A DNA stretch of 64,000 nt, from contig OY761541.1 of NCBI GenBank assembly GCA_963664625.1, positions 2,187,670-2,251,669 on the forward strand, written 5' to 3'. This DNA comes from Dehalococcoidia bacterium (lineage in GTDB: Bacteria; Chloroflexota; Dehalococcoidia; Lucifugimonadales; UBA3495). The notes below the pieces were generated by a model. It made no database searches. It saw nothing but the letters and a program-made list of their open reading frames with translations, and was not told the origin of the DNA. Shown one piece after another: positions 20,495 to 31,584 of the stretch. Position numbers and translations under genes: made by a program. Position 1 is the first letter of the stretch. The number at the start of each line of letters is the position of its first letter.

Positions 20495-21762
20495 GCCGCA
20501 GCCTCCACCGCTCCCCTTGGCGCCACCCCGCTTTCTAACCCGGTTTGGCGGTTAAGAGGCATCCGCAGCGCGTCATTTAGAGATTGCCCTCTTTTGACCA
20601 CGTAGGTCGCCACGTCGTTGTCGAAAAGGTAATCGACCAAGTATCTCTGTTCCCTGGACCCGCCGAAGTCCTTCGGGTCGATCAACACCACGGCAACATT
20701 GACTCCTTTGCGGCGCAGGTCGTTGAGGGCCGGCACCCATTCCGACCGGGTGGAGGGGGTTATCACGGTCAGGGTATTGATCCGGCTCAATTGACCGCGC
20801 ATGTCGTACAAGTACCGCTCCAAGGACATGGTGCCGTTGGCGCGCATCTGGGCGAGAGACTCGAACAACCTGCCTTGGTGCTCCGGGCTGCTGTCGGGCC
20901 GGAAAATATAGGTGTTGTCGCTGTTGGATGCCAAGCCTACCGGCATGGACGATTCCACCAACCGCGAAATCAGGGACGCCGCAATGGTCACGCCCAGTTC
21001 TTCGGTGTTGTCCGACTCGTCGTTGGGGGACGGGTGCGAGGTACGCTGCATGTCCAGCAACACCCACGCCTCCGCCGATTGGCCCAGGTCGAATTCCTTC
21101 ACCATGAGAGTGTTCATGCGGGCCGTGTAGGGCCAGTGAATGCGGCGAAAGCTGTCCCCGTGGGCGTATTCCCTGACCGAGGAAACATCGGTGGTTATCT
21201 GGCTGACCGAGTGGCTTGTCCGGCTCTCACTTGGCAGGTTGGCCAAGCGCAGGTCCATGTCCGGCAGCGGCTCGGTGGCGGGGAAGACTATGAAGGGATC
21301 GGGGTCCCCAAAGATGCGCCGGAACCGGAAAATCCCCAAGGGGTCCTGCCCGACTACCTCAACCTGCCCGACGTGGTAGAGGCCGCGCCTGCTCAAATAA
21401 GTGTCTGTGCGCCAAGTACGGGCTTGGTCTTTTACCATGGCGATGCCCCGGCCCGGAGTGTTGCCCGGCAGATCGGTGAATTCCGTTACCTCCAGCCAGG
21501 ACTTGGGAAGACGGTTGGTGTTGTGGATGGTGACACGCCCTTCGAGATACTCGCCCACCTGTCCCCGGCTGGTGATGCGGCTCAATTGAACATCGAGGCC
21601 CCGCAGATTAAGCAGTGCCCAGCCAATGCCGATCACGCCCATCAATATGAGCGTGTAAAGGAACTGGTAGAAGAACTGGAAGCCGGTGCCTATAGTATAA
21701 AACCCGATGACGAGGAACAGCACGAAGACGCCGGCAGTCCTTTTGGTCAAGAACCTTTTCAT
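20491..21762 (-). CDS. DUF58 (vWA-like) protein
   Basis: VREYAHGDSFRRIHWPYTARMNTLMVKEFD. N-terminal TM helices. Sits between the MoxR and TgpA genes. Confidence 0.85.
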   Translation of the reverse strand: MKRFLTKRTAGVFVLFLVIGFYTIGTGFQFFYQFLYTLILMGVIGIGWALLNLRGLDVQLSRITSRGQVGEYLEGRVTIHNTNRLPKSWLEVTEFTDLPGNTPGRGIAMVKDQARTWRTDTYLSRRGLYHVGQVEVVGQDPLGIFRFRRIFGDPDPFIVFPATEPLPDMDLRLANLPSESRTSHSVSQITTDVSSVREYAHGDSFRRIHWPYTARMNTLMVKEFDLGQSAEAWVLLDMQRTSHPSPNDESDNTEELGVTIAASLISRLVESSMPVGLASNSDNTYIFRPDSSPEHQGRLFESLAQMRANGTMSLERYLYDMRGQLSRINTLTVITPSTRSEWVPALNDLRRKGVNVAVVLIDPKDFGGSREQRYLVDYLFDNDVATYVVKRGQSLNDALRMPLNRQTGLESGVAPRGAVEAAA

Positions 21763-21775
21763 TGTTCGGTTTCAG

Positions 21776-22735
<960 letters not shown>

Positions 22736-22981
22736 CTAAGACCTCCTGATTTCGCCAACGCAACAGCCTGCAGGAATCGACTTCTAGAAGTGGGAATGAG
22801 TTTACCACAGGAACCTAACATCGGACACTGGCATGGTCGGTGTCGCCGGCTGTTCGTGCCGGGCCGGGCTTGTGGCGTAGACTGGTGAAACCGCTGTTTG
22901 CATCCAAACTGTTGGCGCCCGTCGTAAGCTCTATTACCATCAGATTCAGGGATATGATTTATTATCTTGGGGCAAAGTGAA

Positions 22982-24559
22982 ATGAATTTTGGAAAACATC
23001 GTTTCCGGGCCTTTCTAGGCGCCGGCATACTCTTGCTGGGCATGGCGGTTGCCAGTTGCGCCGGAGCCGCTCCGGAGCCGGCAGCCCTGACGCCCGCCGC
23101 GGCCTCCACCGAAGTTCCAAAAGAGCAACCAGCGGCCGCTTCGACGACTGATAAGCTCTCGGCGGAATCTCCCGTGGTGGTTATGGCTCCCACCCAGGAC
23201 CCGGAACGGCAGAAACGGCTGGATGCCGCCGCCGAGACGCCTACCAAGATGCCTGAGACCGCTATGACGGGCAGCACCCCGGAGACCAAGCCGGAAACGC
23301 CTGCCGCCGCGCCGGAGAAGGATGTGTCGAAAGCTCCTGAAGCCGGGGTCAAGCCGGAGATAGAAGAAAAACCCGTAGACACTCCCCAAGTGGACGACTC
23401 CAAGACGCACGCCGTTACTGAGGAAGCGCAGCCCACCGACCCTCCGGCGGCTACCGCCGCCCCACAGTCGACAGAGAAGCCTATCTACGTTCCCGGGGTC
23501 ATGGTTGGAAGCAAGGTAGGCAACGTTTCACCGGAGGTCGACGGGATCGTGGCGTGGATCAACTCCGAACCCCTCACCATGGAAGAGTTGCGCGGCAAGG
23601 TCGTGCTTGTCGACTTCTGGACCTACACCTGCATCAATTGCATTCGGACAATGCCTTTCCTAAAGCAGTGGCACTCCAGGTACCAGGACGACGGCTTGGT
23701 GATCCTGGGGGTCCACGCGCCGGAGTTCGAGTTCGAGAAAGACTTGGGCAACGTCACCAAGGCCGTCAATGACTACGGCATAGGATGGCCTGTCGCCCTG
23801 GACAACGACTTCAGGACCTGGAGGAACTACTCGAACCGTTTCTGGCCGGCCAAGTACCTCATTGATAAGGCAGGCGTCGTAAGATACAGGCACTTTGGCG
23901 AGGGCAAGTACGCGGAGACCGAGGAAAAGATACGGGAACTGATAGAGGAGACGGGGGTAGACCTTTCCGACGCCATTCACGAATTGCCGAAAGACCAGAC
24001 CATAGACGCCGCGTTCCTCAACAACCGCGGGGCCTACGTTACCCGCGAGCTTTACGCCGGTTACGAACGGGGCTTTGGAGACCTGCACTTCGGTCAGGGC
24101 GGTTACGTGTCCCAAGTGGACTACTACCGGAACAGGGACCAGACAGCCGACTTCAAACTTCCCGACTTCTTGCTGCCCCACCAGATATATTTCAACGGCC
24201 CGTGGCACATCGGACCCGAACACGTTCGGCATGGACGAGCCTCCGAGGACTACGAGGACTCGATTTCGCTGGTCTATTCGGCCCGCAGCATCAATGCGGT
24301 GCTTACGTCCGAATCGGGAGAGCCGTACAAGGTCAGGGTGACGGCGGATGGCGAGTACCTGACCGAGGCCACCAAGGGGGCCGACGTTACAATAGGAGAG
24401 GACGGCGAAAGCTACATACTGGTGACCGAACCCAAGATGTACAACATCGTGGAAAACCCGTCTTACGTCGACGGTGAGACCCTGGTGATGAGCTCCATGT
24501 CCCCGGACTTCGGACTCTTCGCCTTCACCTTCGGTGTCTATCAGAAGGCCGCATCGTGA
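22982..24559 (+). CDS. lipoprotein with DipZ-C-terminal-type thioredoxin-like domain
   Basis: Signal/lipobox LLLGMAVASC, followed by a P/A/E/T-rich linker. LRGKVVLVDFWTYTCINCIRTMPFLKQWHSRY..GVHAPEFEFEKD carries a CxxC motif. Confidence 0.75.
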   Translation: MNFGKHRFRAFLGAGILLLGMAVASCAGAAPEPAALTPAAASTEVPKEQPAAASTTDKLSAESPVVVMAPTQDPERQKRLDAAAETPTKMPETAMTGSTPETKPETPAAAPEKDVSKAPEAGVKPEIEEKPVDTPQVDDSKTHAVTEEAQPTDPPAATAAPQSTEKPIYVPGVMVGSKVGNVSPEVDGIVAWINSEPLTMEELRGKVVLVDFWTYTCINCIRTMPFLKQWHSRYQDDGLVILGVHAPEFEFEKDLGNVTKAVNDYGIGWPVALDNDFRTWRNYSNRFWPAKYLIDKAGVVRYRHFGEGKYAETEEKIRELIEETGVDLSDAIHELPKDQTIDAAFLNNRGAYVTRELYAGYERGFGDLHFGQGGYVSQVDYYRNRDQTADFKLPDFLLPHQIYFNGPWHIGPEHVRHGRASEDYEDSISLVYSARSINAVLTSESGEPYKVRVTADGEYLTEATKGADVTIGEDGESYILVTEPKMYNIVENPSYVDGETLVMSSMSPDFGLFAFTFGVYQKAAS

Positions 24560-24602
24560 GAGAACGTTACAATCCGTGCGGCCTGTTCTTCGGACCAACC
24601 GG

Positions 24603-24624
24603 CATTCCCGCGAAGGCGGTAATC
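24603..24624 (+). repeat. REP-like repeat, degenerate copy 6
   Basis: cattcccgcgaaggcggtaatc. Confidence 0.7.
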
Positions 24625-24720
24625 TACCTCACCAGGGCAGCGGAAAAGACCACATGTTACGAACACAGCAAAACAGGCTGTCATCAAACCAGGATTTATA
24701 GTAAGGAGCCCACAGTATCC

Positions 24721-25668
24721 ATGCGAGGACTGCGCTTAAGAAAATTATTCCGCTGGAGCACCATGGCATTACTCGCCATGCTTCCTGTGCTGGCGATGGC
24801 CTGCGGCCCTGCGGCAGCGACTCCCGACACCGCTCCGGCCCAGCCCTCTGCGAGCACTTCCGGGAACAGGCCCGGGCTGGAGGCGATAGTTGCCACCAAG
24901 GTATTGAACACAGGGACGCAGCGGTTTGCGTTCCTGCTGACCACGCCTACCGGGATAGTCAACGCGCCGGAGGTGGAGGTTACGCCGGTGTACTTGGGCG
25001 ATGGGGATGCCGCGCAGGAGACAAAGACGGCGAAGTTTTATATATGGCCCTACGGAATCCGCGGCTCCTATGTTACCGAAATGAATTTCGACCGTCCGGG
25101 GCCTTGGCGGTTGGACATCGGCCTCGCCCATGAAGACCTTGCCGGAAGCACCCAAGCGACAGTGGAAGTAGTCGAAGAAGGACCCGTCCCCACCATAGGT
25201 TCGCTCCCTCCGTTCAGCCGGAACAAGACTCTGGACAGCGCCGGCTCCTTGGAAAAGTTGACCACCCACTTCACCCCCGACCCGGACTTGTACCGGTTGA
25301 CCATTGCAGAGGCGGCGGAAAACGGCAAGCCCACCGTGGTCGTTTTTGCGTCGCCGGCCTTCTGCACCAGTCCTACCTGCGGGCCGCAGACCGACGCTCT
25401 GTCGGCGCTGAAGGATGCCAACCCGGGCCGGGCCAACTTCATTCACGTTGAGATATACGACAACCCCGGCGAAATTCAGGGTGACCTAAGCAAGGCCCGG
25501 CTGTCGCAGCCGGTCCTGGACTGGGGGATAAGCGATATACCGGACTGGTTCAACGAGTCCTGGACTTTTGTGCTGGACACCCAAGGCCGGGTTTCCCACC
25601 GGTACGAAGGATTTGCCTCCATGGAAGAGTTGCAGCAAGCCTTGGACCAATTGCTGGTTTCGAGTTGA
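24721..25668 (+). CDS. secreted thioredoxin-fold protein with CxxxC motif (SCO/TlpA-like)
   Basis: ATG 24721 follows TAAGGAG. Signal peptide ..LPVLAMAC. KPTVVVFASPAFCTSPTCGPQ. Confidence 0.6.
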   Translation: MRGLRLRKLFRWSTMALLAMLPVLAMACGPAAATPDTAPAQPSASTSGNRPGLEAIVATKVLNTGTQRFAFLLTTPTGIVNAPEVEVTPVYLGDGDAAQETKTAKFYIWPYGIRGSYVTEMNFDRPGPWRLDIGLAHEDLAGSTQATVEVVEEGPVPTIGSLPPFSRNKTLDSAGSLEKLTTHFTPDPDLYRLTIAEAAENGKPTVVVFASPAFCTSPTCGPQTDALSALKDANPGRANFIHVEIYDNPGEIQGDLSKARLSQPVLDWGISDIPDWFNESWTFVLDTQGRVSHRYEGFASMEELQQALDQLLVSS

Positions 25669-25675
25669 GGAGTGC

Positions 25676-26161
25676 TCAGGGAGTGTTGTTTGGGCCGACA
25701 CTCGGCGGTTTATTGGGCTTTCCCTCTTGAGCGTCCCTGTAACCCAATTGGTAACCCTCTTCACGACCTCTCCTGAGTCCCTCTTGGGTCGCCTCTTCGC
25801 GTCCTATCCTGAGTCCCTCTTGAAGTCCCTGCTGGATTCCCTCTTGAAGTCCTTCTTGGATTGCCTCTTCGCGTATTCTTTGACGGATTCTGTCGGCACG
25901 CGCTCTGATCAAGTCGCCAATTGCCATAATCACATCCTTTGTTTGCAGTATGCCCCAAGACAGAAAACCGGACGACACAAAACTTGCGCTAATTCCCAGA
26001 AGGAGGTTCCGTGCCGTTTCGTTGGGCGCGGCGCTGCCGTAGATAAGCTCCAAGCGTATCATTATGATGGAGTAGGCTATTCCGCCTACCAGGGTCAGCA
26101 ATTGGAACCATATACGGTCTTTCGGGTCGATTCCCCAAATCGTTTCTCTTGAATCGTACAT
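25676..26161 (-). CDS. hypothetical 2-TM membrane protein with QEG(L/I) repeat tail
   Basis: 161 aa with TM segments WFQLLTLVGGIAYSIIMI and LLLGISASFVSSGFLSWGIL. Tail: IQEGLQEGIQQGLQEGLRIGREEATQEGLRRGREEG. No family recognised. Confidence 0.5.
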   Translation of the reverse strand: MYDSRETIWGIDPKDRIWFQLLTLVGGIAYSIIMIRLELIYGSAAPNETARNLLLGISASFVSSGFLSWGILQTKDVIMAIGDLIRARADRIRQRIREEAIQEGLQEGIQQGLQEGLRIGREEATQEGLRRGREEGYQLGYRDAQEGKPNKPPSVGPNNTP

Positions 26162-26287
26162 AACTTGGTGCGTTCATTGTATCATCGGTCGCAGTTCGGT
26201 CTGCTCCCTTGTTGAAGTACAGCCCTTGGAGTAGCATAGCGGCTGACATCCTTAAACTCCTGTATATTGTTCACTCCAAAGGAATGG

Positions 26288-26791
26288 ATGCCTTTTATGC
26301 TCGACTCTGACACCCCATCCCTCCACACTTCAGACCTTATTCTGAACGTCAACGGCATTAACCGCCGCTTGGTGGCGGCGCACCACGCGACGTTGTTGGA
26401 TGTGCTGCGGGAAGACCTGGACCTTACCGGAGCCAAGCGGGGGTGCGACCGGGGGGAATGCGGCTCGTGCACCGTCCTGTTGTCTGGCAAGACAGTCTAT
26501 GCCTGCCAGCTTCTTGCCGTCCAGGTTGGGGAACGGCCCGTGCTTACCATCGAAGGCTTGGCGTCGGGAGACGAGTTGCACCCGGTGCAGCAGGCCTTTC
26601 TGGACAACGACGGCGGCCAGTGCGGTTTTTGCACTCCCGGCTTTGTTTTAGCGGCCAAGGCTCTGCTGGACGTCAACCCGGCCCCGAGCGAGCAGGAAAT
26701 CCGCGAGGCTTTGTCGGGCAACCTGTGCCGGTGCAATGCCTACGGACGGATTATTGAATCGGTACGCGCCGCCGCCAAAATGCAACCATGA
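26288..26791 (+). CDS. (2Fe-2S)-binding small subunit of XDH/CODH-family enzyme
   Basis: GCDRGECGSCTVLLSG..YACQ, GGQCGFCTPG, CRCNAYGRI. The start is ATG 26288 or 26297. Confidence 0.9.
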   Translation: MPFMLDSDTPSLHTSDLILNVNGINRRLVAAHHATLLDVLREDLDLTGAKRGCDRGECGSCTVLLSGKTVYACQLLAVQVGERPVLTIEGLASGDELHPVQQAFLDNDGGQCGFCTPGFVLAAKALLDVNPAPSEQEIREALSGNLCRCNAYGRIIESVRAAAKMQP

Positions 26792-26819
26792 TCCTATCTT
26801 CTTCCAGTGAGGGCCGGTT

Positions 26820-27551
26820 ATGACCCCAAGGCCCATGACCCCAAAGGCGGAAGCAGGAGAAATCATCCCATTTCCAGACGCGCCGCCTGAAGAATTGACT
26901 GCCTTCTTCAGCATTAACTTCCCGGGATATCCGCCTTCACTGGCCGAACATTTCGGCAACCCGGAGACCACCATCATCCTTAGTGAAGTCGCCGCAGCCC
27001 TTATACCTACGCGGAGCTATGAGGGGGTGTTGTATCCCGACCTGCTCATCGCTTTCGACGTCCATCCTCACCTCTGGAGTGTACGCAACGGCTACCTTAT
27101 TCCTGAGCAAGGCAAGCCCCCCGACTTTGTGATGGAGGTAGCCTCGGAAAGCACTGCCCGCCGTGATGAGACGTTGAAGAGGGAGGCCTACGCGGCGATG
27201 GGCGTACCTGAGTACTGGCGTTTCGACTCCACGGGCGGGCGCCGGTATTCGACGCACTTGGCCGGAGACCGGTTGGTGGACGGCATATATGTGCCCATCA
27301 CCATCCACAGGACAGACGACGAACATTTGTGGGGTCACAGCGACTCTCTGGACCTGGACTTGTGCTGGGAGGAGGGTGACCTGCGCTTTTGGGATCCTGT
27401 GGCCCAGCGTTACCTGCACACGTTCATGGAGGAAAGCGCCGCCCGCCGTGAGGCGGAGGCCCGCGCCGCTATGGCGGAAACCCGTGCTGACGCGGCCGAG
27501 ACGCGAGTCCGGCAACTGGAAGAGGAGCTTCGCCGCCGTCAAAATTCATAA
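26820..27551 (+). CDS. Uma2-family (DUF820) endonuclease with coiled-coil tail, paralog 2
   Basis: YPDLLIAFD, GKPPDFVMEVASEST, MGVPEYWRFD, LAGDRLVDGIYV. Tail: REAEARAAMAETRADAAETRVRQLEEEL. Confidence 0.8.
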   Translation: MTPRPMTPKAEAGEIIPFPDAPPEELTAFFSINFPGYPPSLAEHFGNPETTIILSEVAAALIPTRSYEGVLYPDLLIAFDVHPHLWSVRNGYLIPEQGKPPDFVMEVASESTARRDETLKREAYAAMGVPEYWRFDSTGGRRYSTHLAGDRLVDGIYVPITIHRTDDEHLWGHSDSLDLDLCWEEGDLRFWDPVAQRYLHTFMEESAARREAEARAAMAETRADAAETRVRQLEEELRRRQNS

Positions 27552-27671
27552 CATGTGAAGGTGTCCTTGGCTATTGTCCCGAGCCGCTAGCGTCGGGTTG
27601 ACTGGGAAGTAGTCCGCCCATAAACTCGAATGCGCTGACTATATCCGCACCCGTCTAAGGAGGGTCCCATC

Positions 27672-28661
27672 ATGGCATCAGTCCTATCCCAGCCGCAGGC
27701 AGCGGCGCAGATGGCCGCCGCCGCCAAGAATTTTCTGAATAGCTTGAGCGAGCCGCAAAAGGCCAAGGCTACTTTCGAGTACATGGATGGGGAGCGGATG
27801 TACTGGTACTACCCGCCCATCAACCGCCACGGCCTGGCCCTGCGCGACATGGACCAGAACCAGCGCGGCTTGGCCATGGCGCTCCTTGAGACCGGCCTCA
27901 CTCCCCGCTCGTTCGAGCAGGCCAAGCAGATTATTGAGCACGAGGACGTGCTGGGCCCGCTGGAAAAAGAAATGGGTATGGTTACCTTCGTGAGGGACAC
28001 GGAGTTGTACTACTTCACCGTCTTCGGCGAGCCGGGGCCCGACGCGCCTTGGGGTTGGCGCACCGAGGGTCATCACGTTTCCCTGCATTTCAGCGTCTGG
28101 GGAGACAACATTATCTCGGTGACGCCGTTCTTCTTCGGCGCCAACCCGGCGGAAGTAAGGAAAGGCCCCAAGACCGGCCTGCGCATCTTGGGAGACCGGG
28201 AAGACATCGCTTTCCAATTGATGGACAGCCTGGACCAGGCCCAGCTTGGGAAGGCAGTGATTTACGAGGAAGCACCCCTGGACATTCTGACCTACAACAG
28301 CACCAAGGTGTCGTTTCCCTTCCGCCCCGAAGGGCTGCCCGCCGCCGACATGACCGGCAGCCAGAGGGAGGCTCTATTGAGCTTGATCGCCGAGTACGTG
28401 GGACAAGTACGCACCGACCTGGCCGAGCAGAAGCTTGTGGCTATCAGGGAAGGTGGGCTGGACCACTTCCACTTGGCTTGGGCCGGGCCCGTGTCCAAGA
28501 GCGATGCCCACTACTATCGCATTCACGGGGGCGATTTCGTCGTGGAGTTCGATAACCGCCAAGACGGCGCCAACCATATCCACTCCGTGTGGCGGGACAT
28601 AGAGAATGACTTCGCGGCAGACGTTCTCAGGGAGCACTTGCTGCTTTATCATGTCCTCTAA
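27672..28661 (+). CDS. DUF3500-family protein
   Basis: AAKNFLNSLSEPQKAKATFEY..ERMYWYYPP..WGWRTEGHHVSLHFSV..FFGANP. Confidence 0.7.
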   Translation: MASVLSQPQAAAQMAAAAKNFLNSLSEPQKAKATFEYMDGERMYWYYPPINRHGLALRDMDQNQRGLAMALLETGLTPRSFEQAKQIIEHEDVLGPLEKEMGMVTFVRDTELYYFTVFGEPGPDAPWGWRTEGHHVSLHFSVWGDNIISVTPFFFGANPAEVRKGPKTGLRILGDREDIAFQLMDSLDQAQLGKAVIYEEAPLDILTYNSTKVSFPFRPEGLPAADMTGSQREALLSLIAEYVGQVRTDLAEQKLVAIREGGLDHFHLAWAGPVSKSDAHYYRIHGGDFVVEFDNRQDGANHIHSVWRDIENDFAADVLREHLLLYHVL

Positions 28662-28709
28662 AACCTTTTTGAAACAGGTTCTATGTATTCTGAGCGGGAC
28701 TGATTGACA

Positions 28710-29291
28710 ATGGCCAAATGGAAGCGACGCACTTACAGGATGCCTCAAGACCATGAATGGAAAGCCGCGCCTGGCAACAAGATATTCGTGGCCGACCGGG
28801 GCACGATGCAGTTCGAGTACCCGGGGGACTGGATTATGAGCTTCGGCGAAAGCGGGTCCATCAGGTTCTTCGACCGTGAAGAAGCCGACGCGGATATACG
28901 TCTCGAAGTCTCGTTGATTTACGTTCCGCCCATAGACTGGAGCGGGTTGTCTCTGGCACGGTTGCTCGAAGATGTCGCCCTCTCCGATGATCCAAGGAAC
29001 TTGACTGAACGCGGCCGATTCCACGAGATGCGGCGCGCCAACCTGGAGGCGACATGGTTGGAGGTTGGGTTCACGGACGCGGAGGAAAATCGGAAGGCCC
29101 ACTCGCGTATCTGCTTGGCCAGGGGCCCTGCCGCATACTCCTTTATCACCTTGGACTTCTGGGTGGACGATTCTGCCCGCGCTCGCAAAGTCTGGAACAC
29201 TGTTCTGGACACGCTGAAACTGGACGGACGTAACCAGGACCGGCTGACACTCGATGGCCGACAGCAGCCGCCCAAGCTCAGCATGAATTAG
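28710..29291 (+). CDS. hypothetical protein
   Basis: Coding-like composition, ATG 28710 (MAKWKRRTYRMPQDHEW..). No motif recognised. Confidence 0.45.
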   Translation: MAKWKRRTYRMPQDHEWKAAPGNKIFVADRGTMQFEYPGDWIMSFGESGSIRFFDREEADADIRLEVSLIYVPPIDWSGLSLARLLEDVALSDDPRNLTERGRFHEMRRANLEATWLEVGFTDAEENRKAHSRICLARGPAAYSFITLDFWVDDSARARKVWNTVLDTLKLDGRNQDRLTLDGRQQPPKLSMN

Positions 29292-29337
29292 CAACCCCCC
29301 CGAATTTCGAGTAGGCGCCCATCCGAGAGATCGTAAC

Positions 29338-31584
29338 ATGACCCTGTCGGCCGTTGGAAAAAACTTAACGCGGACTGACCTGCGGGACAAGCTGACCGGC
29401 GAAGCCAAGTACTCCGCCGACTTGAAGTTGCCGGGGATGCTTTACGGATTGGTGCTGCGCAGTCCACATCCCCATGCGGAAATAACCGGTATCGATACCG
29501 AAAGGGCGAAGCAACTGCCGGGGGTCTTTGCGGTGGTGACTCCCTTCGACGTTCCCCAAGGCCGGTTGGCCCATGACGTGGCCGTGCTGGATGCTCACGT
29601 CAGGTTTGTGGGCGACGAAGTCGTGGCAGTGGCGGCGGTTGATTTGGACACGGCCCGGCGCGCACTCGATCTCATCCGAGTGGACTACCGGGTGCTGCCC
29701 TTCGTATTGGAGCCGGAAGAAGCGCTGAAGGACGATGCGATCGCCATCCATCCCGGCGGCAATCTGGCCAGTGATCCCATATATTTGGAACGGGGCGACG
29801 TTGACCAGGGACTGGCTGAGGCCGACCTGGTCCTGGAAGGCGACTACGTTATTCCAACTCACTCGGCGACGCCGTTGGAGCCGCGGGTCGCGTTGGCCTC
29901 GTGGGAAGGAGACTCGTTGACCGTCTGGAAGACCAGCCGCGGCGTTCACGTGGACCGGGACGCCTTGGCCGGAGCGTTGAGCATCCCCGCGTCGCGGGTG
30001 CGAGTGGTCGGCCCCTACATGGGCGGCGGCTACGGCAACAAGGACGAGTCCCGGTTGGGCGCCTTGGCGGCGGTGCTGGCCCAGCGGGCCGGCAGGCCGG
30101 TGCGCTTGGAGTACTCGCGTGAAGAGGAATTCGTCGCCGGACGGGTGCGTCACGCCGCCCGTATCAAGATGAAAGTGGGCGTCAAGAATGACGGTAGCAT
30201 AACCGCGATCCACGCCGATGCTCTTCTCGACACCGGCGCATACCTGTCCTCGGGTCCCGGCGTGGCGCGCCGCACCGGCCAGGGAGCGTTGTACCTGTAC
30301 CACTGCGCCAACGCAAGGTACCAAGCCCGCTTGGCCTACACCAACCGCCCCTCCGCCGGCTCTTACCGGGCATTGGGTGCGCCCCAGGGCCACTTCGCTC
30401 TGGAGACCCTGATGGACCGCGCTGCGGAAGCGTTGGGCATGGACCCGCTGGAGTTCAGGCTCAAGAACCACGTTCGCCCCGAAGGGCAACCCGGAGTCCG
30501 CCTGTCTCCTCCCGACCAGATAGTGGACAGCCAGCCGGTGGAGGGCGGTATTCCTTTTTCCAGCAACGCCCTGGGCCAGTGCTTGGAACTGGGCGCTGCC
30601 GCCTTCGGGTGGGACTATCGGCGAAAGGGCTATGATTCCGGCGACCCTGACAGGAAGACCGGCCGCGGGATGAGCATGATGATTTACCGCGGCGGGCCAG
30701 GGTCGGTGTCGGCGGCCGAGGTGTCTATCGACAAGTCCGGCAGGACCACCTTGACTACCGGGCTTATCGACGTGGGAGAGGGGGCCACAACAGTGCTGGC
30801 GCAGATGGCGGCTGAAGTGCTTGGGATGGAAGCTCGAGATATCGACGTTGTGTCCGCCGATACCGGCAGCACTCCCCCGGCGCCGATAACCGCTGGCTCG
30901 GCGGCCACCTTTTCCACCGGGACGGCGGTGGTCGAAGCCGCGACCCAGGTCAAGGAGAAGCTTCTGGAGTTGGCCTCCGTCGGCCTGGAGGTCCCGGCCC
31001 AGGAATTGGACTTGCTTGAAGAGTCCGTTTTCGTCAAGAGCGACCCGTCCCGGCGCATGTCGGTGGCAGAGGTGACCCAAGCTACGGGCGATGAAGTGAT
31101 TTCGGTATTGGCCACCATCAACCCGGGAAGTACGGACTACGTCGTCAATTCCTTCGGAGCGCATTTCGTGGAAGTGGAAGTCGACAAGGTCACCGGACGG
31201 GTGACCGTGCTCCGTTATGTGGCCGCCCATGATTCAGGCCGCATAATCAACCCACAAATGGCGCTGAACCAAGCCGAGGGAGCTATTTCGCAGATGCTGG
31301 GATTCGCGCTGTCCGAGGAGTTGGTCACCGACGGTCCCACCGGCATCACCCTGAACGCCAGCTACCTTGAGCATAAATCGCCTACGGTATTGGACTATCC
31401 GGATATCGAGGTGATTTTTGCCGACGTCGTCGACCCGGTGGGTCCCTTGGGAGCGAAAGCCTTGGGAGAGGTGCCGAGCATCGGCCAGGCCCCGGCCATA
31501 GCCAACGCCATTTACGACGCCGTTGGCCTGCGTTTGACGCGGGTGCCTTTCACGCCCGACCTGATGCTGCAAGCCTTGGAATGA
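29338..31584 (+). CDS. XDH-family molybdopterin-binding large subunit
   Basis: MTLSAVGKNLTRTDLRDKLTGEAKYSADL... Loop SYRALGAPQG. 748 aa. The next gene starts with an ATGA overlap. Confidence 0.9.
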   Translation: MTLSAVGKNLTRTDLRDKLTGEAKYSADLKLPGMLYGLVLRSPHPHAEITGIDTERAKQLPGVFAVVTPFDVPQGRLAHDVAVLDAHVRFVGDEVVAVAAVDLDTARRALDLIRVDYRVLPFVLEPEEALKDDAIAIHPGGNLASDPIYLERGDVDQGLAEADLVLEGDYVIPTHSATPLEPRVALASWEGDSLTVWKTSRGVHVDRDALAGALSIPASRVRVVGPYMGGGYGNKDESRLGALAAVLAQRAGRPVRLEYSREEEFVAGRVRHAARIKMKVGVKNDGSITAIHADALLDTGAYLSSGPGVARRTGQGALYLYHCANARYQARLAYTNRPSAGSYRALGAPQGHFALETLMDRAAEALGMDPLEFRLKNHVRPEGQPGVRLSPPDQIVDSQPVEGGIPFSSNALGQCLELGAAAFGWDYRRKGYDSGDPDRKTGRGMSMMIYRGGPGSVSAAEVSIDKSGRTTLTTGLIDVGEGATTVLAQMAAEVLGMEARDIDVVSADTGSTPPAPITAGSAATFSTGTAVVEAATQVKEKLLELASVGLEVPAQELDLLEESVFVKSDPSRRMSVAEVTQATGDEVISVLATINPGSTDYVVNSFGAHFVEVEVDKVTGRVTVLRYVAAHDSGRIINPQMALNQAEGAISQMLGFALSEELVTDGPTGITLNASYLEHKSPTVLDYPDIEVIFADVVDPVGPLGAKALGEVPSIGQAPAIANAIYDAVGLRLTRVPFTPDLMLQALE

